From Veleropilina oligotropha (taxonomy: Eukaryota), in the NCBI GenBank assembly GCA_048128005.1, contig JBEUKZ010000031.1, positions 62,001 to 126,000 of the forward strand: DNA of 64,000 nt, read 5' to 3'. Positions 39,666 to 52,232 of this stretch are shown here, piece after piece. The position numbers and the translations under genes are program-made. The notes below the pieces were generated by a model. The model was given only the letters and a program-made list of their open reading frames with translations. It made no database searches and was not told where the DNA came from. Positions within the stretch are counted from its first letter, which is position 1. Each line of letters begins with the position of its first letter.

Positions 39666-40788
39666 CTACAACAGAGAATTATTTAATGTTTAATAAATGT
39701 CTGTAACTCACGATGGGATTAAACCAGGACACTATTCAAAATCATGTGTTCTAATGGTTAAACCACTTGACACAATGGCAGACATATCAACATGGATGAG
39801 ACCACAATTTGTGAAGAACTCTAAAGCATGACATAAGACTATTCCATGTATTTTTATATAGCTTTTCTTGTTATGAATAACAGATAATACACCGACACAC
39901 CCATGCGATATACACAATACACATATCTGCTCATGTAGAAGTAGTGTATTATCTATTACATCATAACTTGAAAAGAAACATAATTAATCTGATTGCTAAA
40001 CATGATTATGACAGCTGAATATGAAAGTAGACACAATTTTGCCGATGATGAAAAGATCAAGTCATCAGATAGCTGGGGCTGATCTAGGCTTATTTTGCGC
40101 CCGTTATATCGGGCTTGGGCATCGGGAATTTGGGCGCCCATACTGGAGAAAATGAAAAAAAATAAAACCAATGATTTACCAAATGCCTGAAAATATTGTA
40201 AACATAATATATGTTAACTGTAAAGAGTAAATTTTAATATTCATGAAGCAAGCGTGCGATGTTATGGCAAACGGCTGAACGCTTTTGCGGGGAGGTTACG
40301 CAAAACTGATTTTAGGCAACCTGTAGTACTAGTAGGTTACCATAGCAAACATATTTCGTTTGCCTAAAAATGCACAAGATGCACGCAGACAACACAACTT
40401 TCATTTTAACTATTATTCATTTCTATAAGTCAACAATGTCACTTTGTTAATGAAAATTTTGTACCTTTCATCCAGCTCACTACAGTAAACAGGTAAAATG
40501 CGTCTGCGAAACCACTAATATGTCATCGATACCTCGTGTGTTTCAACCACCATTATTTTTGCTCATCTATTATTTTCCTCTCTTCATTGGAGCACCTAAT
40601 TTGCATGGTATGAACACTGAGTTCCTCTCAGTTCTTATGATAAACCGAGTTCTACACTTTACTAACTTATAAAATAAAACAAAGATAGATGGACAAGTAA
40701 AATGGATTTTCATTGAAGATTTGCTGCAAATTAACTAGTGATAATTAATGTAACAATTTATAATTCGTATTTAGGATACATTTATTTA

Positions 40789-42940
40789 AACAAGAACCAC
40801 GGTCCGATATGTCTCGCCCTTTAAATATATATATATCAATGTATCAGAAATTTCCATTCAATGAAAAACTTTAACCAAAATTTATATGTCCAAAAACACC
40901 AATTTCATGCATTATTTATATAAAATTCCAGTCAATAACAGTTCCAGAGTATCAGGTGTTGTCCATATAACCATTACCAATGCATATGTATGCATAAAAG
41001 TGCCTTTAGCAACCCATACACTTGCAATGAAAAACTTTAACCGAAAAAACTGTAACCAAAATTTATATGTCAAAAAACACCAATTTCATGCATTATTTAT
41101 ATAAAATTCCAGTCAATAACAGTTCCAGAGTATCAGGTGTTGTCCATATAACCATTACCAATGCATATGTATGCATAAAAGTACCTTTAGCAACCCATAC
41201 ACATGCAATGAAAAACTTTAACCGAAAAAACTTTAACCAAAATTTCTATGTCCAAAAACACCAATTTCATGCATTATTTATATAAAATTCCAGTCAATAA
41301 CAGTTCCAGAGTATCAGGTGTTGTCCATATAACCATTACCAATGCATATGTATGCATAAAAGTGCCTTTAGCAACCCATACACTTGCAATGAAAAACTTT
41401 AACCGAAAAAACTTTAACCAAAATTTATATGTCAAAAAACACCAATTTCATGCATTATTTATATAAAATTCCAGTCAATAACAGTTCCAGAGTATCAGGT
41501 GTTGTCCATATAACCATTACCAATGCATATGTATGCATAAAAGTGCCTTTAGCAACCCATACACATGCAATGAAAAACTTTAACCGAAAAAACTTTAACC
41601 AAAATTTAAACACCAATTTCATGCATTATTTATATAAAATTCCAGTCAATAACAGTTCCAGAGTATCAGGTGTTGTCCATATAACCATTACCAATGCATA
41701 TGTATGCATAAAAGTGCCTTTAGCAACCCATACACTTGCAATGAAAAACTTTAACCGAAAAAACTTTAACCAAACTTTATATGTCAAAAAACACCAATTT
41801 CATGCATTATTTATATAAAATTCCAGTCAATAACAGTTCCAGAGTATCAGGTGTTGTCCATATAACCATTACCAATGCATATGTATGCATAAAAGTGCCT
41901 TTAGCAACCCATACACATGCAATGAAAAACTTTAACCGAAAAAACTTTAACCAAAATTTCTGTCAAAAAACACCAATTTCACACATTATTTATATAAAAT
42001 TCCAGTCAATAACAGTTCCATGTTGTCCGTATAACCATTACCAATGCATATGTATGCATAAAAGTGCCTTTAGCAACCCATACACATGCAATGAAAAACT
42101 TTAACCGAAAAAACTTTAACCAAAATTTCTATGTCAAAAAACACCAATTTCATGCATTATTTATATAAACTTCCAGTCAATAACAGTTCCAGAGTATCCG
42201 GTGTTGTCCATATAACCATTACCAATGCATATGTATGCATAAAAGTGCCTTTAGCAACCCATACACTTGCAATGAAAAACTTTAACCGAAAAAACTTTAA
42301 CCAAAATTTCTATGTCAAAAAACACCAATTTCATGCATTATTTATATAAAATTCCAGTCAATAACAGTTCCAGAGTATCAGGTGTTGTCCATATAACCAT
42401 TACCAATGCATATGTATGCATAAAAGTGCCTTTAGCAACCCATACACATGCAATGAAAAACTTTAACCGAAAAAACTGTAACCAAAATTTCTATGTCAAA
42501 AAACACCAATTTCATGCATTATTTATATAAAATTCCAGTCAATAACAGTTCCAGAGTATCAGGTGTTGTCCATATAACCATTACCAATGCATATGTATGC
42601 ATAAAAGTGCCTTTAGCAACCCATACACATGCAATGAAAAACTTTAACCGAAAAAACTTTAACCCAAATTTCTATGTCAAAAAACACCAATTTCATGCAT
42701 TATTTATATAAAATTCCAGTCAATAACAGTTCCAGAGTATCAGGTGTTGTCCATATAACCATTACCAATGCATATGTATGCATAAAAGTGCCTTTAGCAA
42801 CCCATACACATGCAATGAAAAACTTTAACCGAAAATGACACGCCGACGACGACGCAGACGACGACGACGACGACGACGCCGACGCCGACGCCGGAAAATG
42901 TAATCCCTAAGTCTCGCTTTCCCTTCGGGGCGAGACAAAA
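40789..42940 (-). mobile_element. HINE-type element carrying a 181-bp satellite and a (GAC/GCC)n microsatellite
   Basis: Minus strand reads TTTT, subTIR GTCTCGCC, inverted GCGAGAC, microsatellite 42838-42893, tandem array, 3' GGCGAGAC, short hairpin GGACCGTGGTTC, then TTGTTT. Confidence 0.85.
40860..42835. repeat. 181-bp tandem repeat, about 11 copies
   Basis: Period 181 (40886, 41067, 41248, 41429 and so on), with two shortened units. Confidence 0.97.
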
Positions 42941-43468
42941 ATTAAGTTCTTGAAAAGGTGTAAGGTTATGTATAAATAGTCCGTGTTTCCAACATTCATA
43001 AATATATATATTTTTTTTAATTCACACAAATATGTATTTTAATACGTATTATTCATTACTAAACAACAGCTATAATGCTATGACAATTATAAATGAAATA
43101 ATCTTTAAATTTGTTATTGGTAGGTTGCCATAGGTAACCCTGGGTTATCTACTTTTGCGTAACCCACTGGTAGGTTACCATGAGCAATTTTGCGAAACCT
43201 ACAGTAGGTTACCATAAAAAAACTACATCATATGCCTGATAAAGTACCATATGATCAAATCTGTTATATTGCTTCTCAAAGCGTCTAAACTTCAGGGGCG
43301 TCGATGGTCACTTGTCTATTCTGAGCCAGCTCGCTTACCTATGGGGTCCCAAACTAAAACCCTGGATCAGCCCCTGGATATAAAATTGTATATTTGGATT
43401 GAGCAAAATTTCAACACTTAACTGATGACATACAAAGAATATTCCGGAGACAGGTTAAATATTTATTA

Positions 43469-44674
43469 CAGTGGATTTTGCTTATTTGCATAGCGAGATT
43501 GTCGCGATTATTTATGCAATTAACCGGATTATGCGTTTGACCGTTAGGTAAATTTTGGAAATTGATTTCGCCAGAAATCATCGATGATATTTACTTGTAT
43601 TTAAAATGGTTCTTTGTTATAAATATATGTCCTGGTAATAAATTTATTTGCAAAGGAGAATTTCCGGATTGCATACACAATATTTTGTGGTTATTCTGAC
43701 CTGAAGGTGACTAGCCTGTTTCAGTAGAATTGATATACGTTTCGAAAGCGTATCATTGCATTTCATAGATTACTATGGTGTGGAAATTCATATTCTGAAC
43801 GTTTCTCTTCTGCTGACCACGTGTCGCGTTATCGGCTGCCATGTTGAAAATTTAGCCAATGTTTTAATCTCGAATCGATTTGTCTTTACAATTATTGAAT
43901 AATTATTTCTTGCGATATCTAATTATTTCAGTATATTATGATATGATATAAAAAAACTTATAAGACTTTGTCTTCATATATAAATTAAAATAATAATTAA
44001 ATCACCCTAGTTCTCAACGACGACGCTACGTCTACGAAACAAATCAGGGGAGATATTTTTAATTTTGTAATTTCTTTAAGAAAAGACACGTTGTGTTATT
44101 GTTGTCTTATGTTATTTATCGGCGAACTAAGTGTTGTTCACATGAATACATGTAACGGCATCTTTTACATTGAATCTTTGATTTTGCGTTCAGACAAACC
44201 CAAAAGTCTGTCATTTGGACGCGGGACAAAAGATTTTTAATCCGATTATCCACTATCGATCGATATCCGCCATCCCATAATATCCCCGATTGACATCGCT
44301 CATTTCTGCACTGAAACGATGTTTACCGAACTTTCAGTTTCGACTTTTTCCGGAAGTAAAAATTATTTTGAAACCCACGAGGTTGCAGAAATGGTTAAAC
44401 TTCGAATGTTACCGTTGAATAAACATCTTTACGATGGCGTAGCAAGACATACTGGCAAATACGCAAGTATTTTGAATAATTTAACGATTTTATTGTTTTG
44501 TCAATTATGCAGTTGAAAATTTCTTAAGCAAATAAGCGAAAATCCGGTAATTATGCATGCAATTAAGCGATTATTTGCATATGATAATAATATTAATCTA
44601 TTCTGTTCCTGAAGATTTTATGCAAATATCCGAAATATGCAATTAAGCGTTATGCAATTAAGTGGATTCCACTG
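43469..44674. mobile_element. Tc1/mariner-pogo type non-autonomous element (TA TSD)
   Basis: TA|CAGTGGATTTTGCTTATTTGCATAGCG...CGTTATGCAATTAAGTGGATTCCACTG|TA; repeated ATGCAATTAA subterminal motifs. Confidence 0.75.
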
Positions 44675-45172
44675 TATATACAAATGTTGACAGACTACAC
44701 TTCTTCATTGGTATGTGTATATTATAATGATGGATTTTGTTTCGATACATTCTCAGGGCCTTATGCAAATTAGATTTAAAACAGAATTTGATTGGGGTTA
44801 GGAAGCAAATTATTGTGACTAAACGATAAAACCCAAATAAATTCAATTTTAATCTATTTTAAACTTTACCCTAAGCTTGACTTGACTCAAAGTTCGGCTT
44901 TTGCATACAGCCCTTAATGTTTTATTATTAACTCTTTGCCTGCTGTGTATTCAGTATCTCAATGATAATTGGGCAGTATTTGCTGCCACCAGTGGCAAAA
45001 GAGTAAAACACCCTTCTTGGTTAAATCTGGCTTGAGGTAGATGTCATATCCATGCTACTCCAAAACGCTGAGTACATTCGGTTAAGATAACTCTACGGCA
45101 CATCTGTAATACTTCGTAACCACAATTGTTTTACAACAATCTTAGAATATTCATTAATCTCCTATTTCTTAC

Positions 45173-45427
45173 CAGGGTTCGGAGGCGGTACCCAGTTACT
45201 GTTCTGTGGTGGTTGTCTAGGAGCTGGTACCGGAACACTGGCTGGGACGTATCCCCCTTGTGGAGGGTCTTGTGGGGTGGACGGACGTGCTTGCACGCCC
45301 GCAGCAGGGAATTGAAGGGATGAGTTCGATGGCACCCCTTGATCAGGCTCGTTTACCGACATCCCCGGCTGCTGGTATGGTGACGGTGCCTGTGGAATCA
45401 TGCCGTCAAATCCCAACCCTGGATTAC
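45173..45427 (-). CDS. VTA1: VTA1 coding exon 6 (Pro/Gln-rich linker)
   Basis: TTGCAG acceptor, GTAAG donor, 255 nt, phase 1 to phase 1 matching its neighbours; NPGLGFDGMIPQAPSPYQQP...WVPPPNP. Confidence 0.85.
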
Positions 45428-45645
45428 CTGCAATTTACATTTATATTTTAAAATAGAAGTATGTTCCTCATAAAGCTTAAGGTCTGCCTATGGCTGATAG
45501 AAATAAATATGGAGGATAAAATCATCACTAACTCAATAAATCTTTCACTTTATTAACTCTTTTCCCAAAGATGATGTCATAATACTGACAGAAATATACT
45601 ACCTCACAAAAGTTCAAATGACCTTGACAAAGTAACAGTATCTTC

Positions 45646-46905
45646 TGTCACGAAGTGACATGTGTATATTTCTTACATTTATATTATCTAGTAAATGTTT
45701 GATTACATTTATATTATCTAGTAAATGTTTGATTATTAATTTAAGACACCCTGTATAGTGTCCATAACTCTAAGCAGTACTGTACTAGATATGTCGATTT
45801 CGGCATGTGAATGTTGCCAGTAATTAAGAATGTTAGAGACTGGCTGTAAGCAATTGACACCGCGAGAAGCACGAGGAAATTAACGTTCCCGTGTATTTCC
45901 AATATATTGTGCAGACATTGCCTATTTATAACAAGGACGACGAATTTAGATGCACTGCCCATTTTACCATCAACCTGTCAGGGCCGTCGTCATTATAGAA
46001 CCAGCAAGGCTGGGTAAGCATAGTTGTGTTAATAATAATATATGCTTTGTATCCATTTATTGTACTTGATAATGGTTGTTACTTGTATATATAATATATA
46101 TAAGGATTGATTCAATGAAAGTAATCATTGTTTGGGTAAATGTGTATTTTCAGGTAACTGGTATGCATTGTCTTTTCATGAAGGTACACTGACTATTTAA
46201 CGAGGGTGTAAAGAACATTCCTTTTATTTTAGTTCTTTTGAGGGGAGCAGTCAGGCTCTTTGTTGTGTCCAGGGACGGGACTATGGGGACGAAGCCAGGG
46301 GAAGCAGTCCAGCCGTGAGACGGGGACTCTGTCTGTGGGATCCAACCGACTCGACCCGAGCGGGGATTTCGACCGTGCGTTAGAGTCATCGGCCAACCGA
46401 AGAAGGAAGGCGGTGTGACGCACTGGTGGCCGATCTACTGAGGAAGCGGAGATACGGCGTGACTGGATCAGACGTGTGCGGTGCGACGTGAACCGCCTAA
46501 AGCGAGGAGCGCTGTAGTGGCTTCGGGGAGTCCTGGTTCCGGGCACGGGAATATTGAAGGAACGTAACCACCAAGGGTGGAGTTAATATATTATATATAT
46601 AGTCAGCTTACGTTCTGGATCTACTTGTAAACCTGTTCATAAACTTGTATTGGGAAAGTATATATATATTCTATTATATTGCGTGTTAGTATTTTGAGGG
46701 TACTGTCCTTGCATATGTGTGGAATTTGCAGGATCATGCAAGCTAACCTGTAATCCAATGTATTTATTTATTATAATATATCTTATTATAATTTACAGTT
46801 GTCTGGTTGTTTATTAATAAGATATAGACATTTGATTGGTTACGGTTAGCCATATCACGGAGTTTCGTTAATTTCGAGCCACGTCCGTAACGAAACTTCG
46901 TGACA
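45646..46905. mobile_element. Solo LTR (1260 bp) in VTA1 intron 5
   Basis: TGTCACGAAG...CTTCGTGACA termini with a perfect 5-bp TSD TCTTC (45641-45645 and 46906-46910); no internal coding region. Confidence 0.8.
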
Positions 46906-47169
46906 TCTTCCATCATGGTCTTCATATTATGGTATATATACAAGCCATATACACGGCATCGATAATCAGTCACCAGTCAATCGACTACTTAATACACCCA
47001 TCAAGTTTCGCATAAATATATCCAGCAGTTTACGAGATATAAGCTGGAACGATACATTCATTTGCATGAATGTATGTACAGATGGACAAATGATTAGAAT
47101 GTTAATATTTTATTTGTGGGCGGTAATTGGCTTAAACAACACATCTGGATGCCTTGACAGCGATTATAC

Positions 47170-47278
47170 CTTCCTCTCCCTCTGCGTTGAGCGGACCGGC
47201 GATGGGAGTCTCTCCATTCTTCAAGCATTTATGAATATAAGCAGCTTTCCATTTGGCATACGTCCTGGTCTTCTCAAT
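47170..47278 (-). CDS. VTA1: VTA1 coding exon 5
   Basis: TTTTAG acceptor, GTAT donor; IEKTRTYAKWKAAYIHKCLKNGETPIAGP; 109 nt. Confidence 0.95.
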
Positions 47279-47622
47279 CTAAAAGGACAATTGTCAGAAA
47301 ATCATGCTGACCATAAAAATCACTTATCATGATTTAGCAAGTCGAAAAGCCCAGGGCACATGGATATCATGTTTTGGTAAGTCAGGGCACATGTATTTTT
47401 AAATTTACTTTGCTCTTTGGTGAATTGCACATCACGTTGATCATAATGTTACAGTCAATTTTTTACCTAAATATCTAAAACGTTGACACCATGACTAAGA
47501 TGTATCTTTCAATATTGTGACAGTGTTTATAAAGACTTATTTGCATTTATTTAGAGAGTTAACTTATAACAGCAGAAATGAATCATTGTAGAAATATCAT
47601 CGTAAAATGTTATTAAACTTAC

Positions 47623-47698
47623 TTCTTCACTTAGTTCCCCAAATACTCTTAACACATCAAATAACATCCCAGCAGTATAGAACGACTTCACTACATTT
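47623..47698 (-). CDS. VTA1: VTA1 coding exon 4
   Basis: TTGTAG acceptor, GTAAGT donor; NVVKSFYTAGMLFDVLRVFGELSEE; 76 nt. Confidence 0.95.
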
Positions 47699-49770
47699 CT
47701 ACAACAAAATAAGAATATCATAGTGTGTATCTACATTAACTTAGATTAACATAGGCCTACAAATATCTAGGGCTGTCACGTGTACACGGTATCATTTTGT
47801 GTACGACCGATAAACATTTACAAACTTCGGCTACCGTTTACACGAAAGATCATGTTATGACATAACAAACTTAAATAGTTCAACGTTGATGACAAATCAG
47901 ACGTTGGAAGTGTTTTATAGTATTGTAGAAATGACCTACTGTCTGACGATAATGATGTAGATGTAAATGTAGCCTTTGCTAAGTTTACGCTGGGGACAGT
48001 CAATACGTAAAATACGTGGGTCAAATCAATCAGAATATTTACGTGCGTCATTTACAATAACAGCATTAGAGAATTAAGTCCGTCTTAGATACATGAAATC
48101 ATTTACAAAATACTCAAATTACTGCAAAATCTTGATTTTAAAATCACTTTTAGGTGCCCAAATACCTGTAAGTGGCGTTCATTTTGAATTAGCTACCGCT
48201 GCTGGACCTATTTGCATAAATCTCAGTATGGTAACCTCCTTATATTTTCTTTCCGTAAATTATTTGACAACTGATTTTGTCTTAAAAGATATTGTTACTG
48301 TTGTAACTTATTAAAAACAATATAATTTTTCATTTGTATATTTACAACGTGTTTATTTCCCAATATACGCTTCAAGTCGAAGCTAATTAATTATGCAGAA
48401 AGTCGAGCGGAAATCCATAATACAGCTCGTGATTGGTTGGCTGGGGGAATCCGAGACATAACGAATATTATTATTGGTTATATTTCCCCAGTAAAGCATG
48501 GCAGAGCTATTTTTAAACCTTTCATACCATTACATGACGGGTATTCGGAACCATGATTGCGGTGAGCAAGTTGTTTGAAAAATGATGTTTTTTGCAATGT
48601 TAAAGACTCTTGTGGTACGTAATGAATTAAAGTTTATATTTAGTTAAATGAATAAACTCAACGTTGCTAGGCCGAAAACATACAATACATCTTATAAATA
48701 TATCAAGTCGATACCTTTTTCGTGAACACAGAATCATTTAGTGTTCATGGCGCCGTTTAAACGTTTACAAAAATTTGTAAACGTGACAGCACTACAAATA
48801 TCACAGCATGTATATCAGTGGTGGGACGATATCATCGATAAATCGTTATTTATTTGTGTCAATGATATATCGTGATAATTAATTAAATCGCAACTTTAGA
48901 AAGCTAGACAAGCAGAATAAGCATTCACGCAGTAGGACTTGTAGCAGGCAGCAAGGGGAGGCAAGCAATGCATATTTATTTATGCAGCTCCCCTAGCGGA
49001 GGGAAAATTTGACGTAGAACAATGCGAAGCCAACGAACACGTGTCCCGATATTATCGCAAAACGTATCGTATTGGAAGATGATAACGAAATACTTATCAT
49101 GATATGCTGATGATGGCGAAACCCAACCCTAATGTCTATCATAATATCCAAAACGACTGATGGATGCAATCGCCATAAGTTTGCAAACAAAATACAAATA
49201 TTAACAGATCTTCTTTCGAGGTCAATTGTTACAGAATCATTGAAGACATTTGCTCGCAATATCCGATCAATTTAGTGATGGATTTACAATGCTTGACATC
49301 CACAATGCATTGAACAGTTATACTAGTCGATGTAGGCCCAGTCAAGAGATGATAATTAAACTTTTTTAGTTGTATAATAATTGATATAATTTTGAAATCC
49401 AGGGTGTTGGTACTTTCGCTGACCTTGAATTTTGAGAGTTGGGGCTCATCTTATATGTATGACATACAATTATATCTGTTTCAAAGGGTGAAAGCAGCTC
49501 CGACAGTCATGTGGTTTCGGTTGCAGACTTCGAAAATCACTGACTAGATTCCACTGACAAGAACAATAGTGGGTTTGAACCTCGGCTGGGACATGACATT
49601 ATTTATTTAAGTTATGCTCTGAACATATGGATCATAGTTGTCGTAACTGGTCAGAGACCTAATGGCTGAAAATATAGAAGACATTAGTATCGATCCAATC
49701 CTTTCCTTTTTGGATGAATGTTGGGAGTTACGAGTAGCTTTATACGGGGGCCGAATTATACTTAGAGCAA

Positions 49771-50032
49771 CTAGCTATGGTACCCGTCTTCGCCGGGCAA
49801 GTCCCCCCACCCCAATTTTTTTTTTTTTTTTTTTTTGGATAGTGCTCCCTTAAATGTTTTTTTTTTTTCCCGAATTTTCCGAATTTTTTTCGTGGTAAAC
49901 CTTCCTTGGGGGACCCCGATTAACCCCCCAAAGTTTGAAGGTCCTAGGTCAAGGCGTCTGGGAGGAGTTCAACTTGAAACAGACACACACACACACCCAC
50001 ACACATACAATTATAGCTCCATTATATTAAGA
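49771..50032 (-). mobile_element. Short non-autonomous canonical Helitron in VTA1 intron 3
   Basis: Minus strand reads A|TCTTAATATAAT...hairpin CCCG-GCGAAGA-CGGG...CTAG|T: TC start, 3' hairpin, CTAG end and an A-T insertion site. Confidence 0.85.
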
Positions 50033-50155
50033 TTACGGGAGTTTATTTGTTCAGAGTTGTTTCTACTTTGGAAGACACTTTGTAGGATACACTCGTAGCA
50101 AATATTCTGGTTGTTGTACATTATTATTGCACTGAATTTTTTGTCTAAGACTCAC

Positions 50156-50283
50156 TTGTTGAACCTTGAGGCCCTATCCTCGTTATCGGCGAAGAGGAAC
50201 ACTTTGAGAGCATAGTTCTCCATGTGAGCCTGTCCGACCAACTCATTCTGAATGGCATCTTCCTCTGGACTAGCTGTCTTTAC
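50156..50283 (-). CDS. VTA1: VTA1 coding exon 3
   Basis: VKTASPEEDAIQNELVGQAHMENYALKVFLFADNEDRASRFN; AAG acceptor, GTGAG donor; 128 nt. Confidence 0.93.
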
Positions 50284-50880
50284 CTTATGACAAGATATTA
50301 ACATATTAAAATTTATTTCATGTATCGGCTGGCAATATACTCCATGTATCAGTATTTCTGGTGTTCTCAAGGGTACCGACATTTTAATTTATGTGTCCCA
50401 TTCTCAATTTCGGTGTGCATCTTCATATTTGTATTCATTGCAATAAAGATGTTCATTGTTTGTTGAAGATTACGGTAATACCAGTAATTTTTTTCAAGGT
50501 GACTCTTATAGAATATAATATTAGTACTGTAATTTTATTTTTTAGTTTAACATCTTCATTGAATTAGATTAATAATAATCACAATTCAATTTCCTAAAGT
50601 CCTGGAAAAGTGACTTCCTGGTCGAAGACTTTGTCTCTACGTTAGGGGGTTGACTTTACAGCGCCTGCTATTCAGGCTTGCCTGTGAACTCTGGAGATGC
50701 CAATTGCTGTAACAACAAAACAGTTATCCAATTACAGGGGTGTTTTTTGTCATTACATCAATTATCACCTACAGATTGACAGGAAAACTTGGTTAGCCGA
50801 TGATGTAGTGTCAATAATTGATGCTTATAATTTTATGAATTTAGCGTCCTCACACTAAATAATCTTTAGGGACTGTTTAC

Positions 50881-50975
50881 CTGTTCTAAATAATCCATAA
50901 GGCCCACCAGAAAAGATCGGGCCTCGGGCGACTTCTTGTCAATTTCCATCCCGGACTGCATGGCAAACAAGCGGC
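50881..50975 (-). CDS. VTA1: VTA1 coding exon 2
   Basis: TTTCAG acceptor, GTAAAC donor; RLFAMQSGMEIDKKSPEARSFLVGLMDYLEQ; 95 nt. Confidence 0.95.
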
Positions 50976-51854
50976 CTGAAAGAAAAACTTGTTGACATAA
51001 TGTTGTAATTGTAATTTGTTGTGCAAGTTAGTATGCTATATACTAATGGTGTGTGCCAGCAATTCAGCATAACCCTGATATAGATCATCAGTGATCTCTT
51101 CGTGGGCTAATGTGGTGACACCTACAGGCCTGAATGAAATTCTTGATATGATCATTGAACACCTTTTTGACAACCACTAACTGGATACCAGAACTGCCTA
51201 CATGTGAGATAATTCATGACACCAGGGTTGAGAAGCGACACGTCATTGTGATCCTGCCTTGGCCCAGATCTCAGTCAACTGAAGAATGTCTGAGACATCC
51301 TGGTTCGCAAGACACAGTTGGACAGCTACAAGCTCTGCACAGGACCGCATGCATGAGTAGTCTTATTGGAGGTATGAGGTGGAGGGTTGAAGCTGTCATC
51401 CATTTACGTGGCTGCACAACAGATTATTGACGTTTGTATCACATGAAGTCATGTTGGAATACTGTCCGTCATTTTTAGCAACAACAGTCCAGCGCATCCT
51501 TCCGCCCCATGCATACATAATCAAGTACCATTGTGTAGGCCTACGATATTTGCGTTTGCTACCCTTTCGCAATATACCGGGTCTAATTTCTAAAAAAATC
51601 TTTAAACTCCATAGCAACGTCTTTAAATTGAATACCATTTACCGCAGTTTAATTTCATTACTTTGATAAAAGTAAAAACGACAATATCAGATTCCAATTA
51701 ATCATAGGACAGACTCAATACGAGTCCTAAGCACGTGAAAAGACATTCCTTGAAACGAATAGGAGAACAGCCATGATTACGGTAATGATGACGGCGAAAT
51801 CATACATGTGTACGTTAAAATCAGTATATCGGCAAACAAACTTGGGAAACTAAC

Positions 51855-51957
51855 TGTAATACGCCACAACTGGATCTCTAGTCTCATGTTCCGCTGCTGT
51901 TTTCATGTAATGTTGAATCTGTTTCAATGACGCAGGAAGCGCAGGAATCGTCGCCAT
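51855..51957 (-). CDS. VTA1: VTA1 coding exon 1 (start of MIT domains)
   Basis: AACATGG start context; MATIPALPASLKQIQHYMKTAAEHETRDPVVAYY; GTTAGT donor; 103 nt. The seven exons sum to 915 nt with consistent phases. Confidence 0.95.
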
Positions 51958-52232
51958 GTTGAAATATTACTCAGAAAACGTAAACGAGCGTATAAAGGGA
52001 GAAAATCATTACTTATTACTCCCGTTCGAAAGTATTCCAATAATTTGATTTGGACTACTAGCATATTCAATTTTCAAATATTTTGGTGTAGTCTATGTGA
52101 CCTTCTAATACTTAATTACGCAATCTCGCTCTCGGTACTCCGTGACGCTATAACTCGCATGAACGCGTTGCAAGGCAACTTTGCTGACACCCTCAACATT
52201 TCCGCTGTCGCTGGCAAAAGTAAAGCCATCTC

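Larger units (their letters stand above)
40073..43376. mobile_element. CAG/CTG-terminated non-autonomous DNA transposon (hAT5-like) hosting a HINE, in VTA1 intron 6
   Basis: TIRs CTGGGGCTGATCTAGG / CCTGGATCAGCCCCTG; flanks GATAG / GATAT (5 bp, one mismatch); repeated AGGTTAC motifs in both arms. Confidence 0.6.

Noticed and set aside
40860..42835. CRISPR array or repeated 72-aa gene
   Set aside because: Contiguous monomers with no unique spacers, no cas genes and a eukaryotic context; the ORFs are repeat artefacts.
45976..46905. Alternative LTR start at TGTCA 45976
   Set aside because: No TSD; the start at 45646 gives a 10-bp inverted repeat and a perfect 5-bp TSD.
50585..50715. Acceptor-like TTTTGTTGTTACAG in VTA1 intron 2 as an extra exon
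   Set aside because: All three downstream frames reach stops, there is no Vta1 similarity, and exons 2 and 3 already join in frame.
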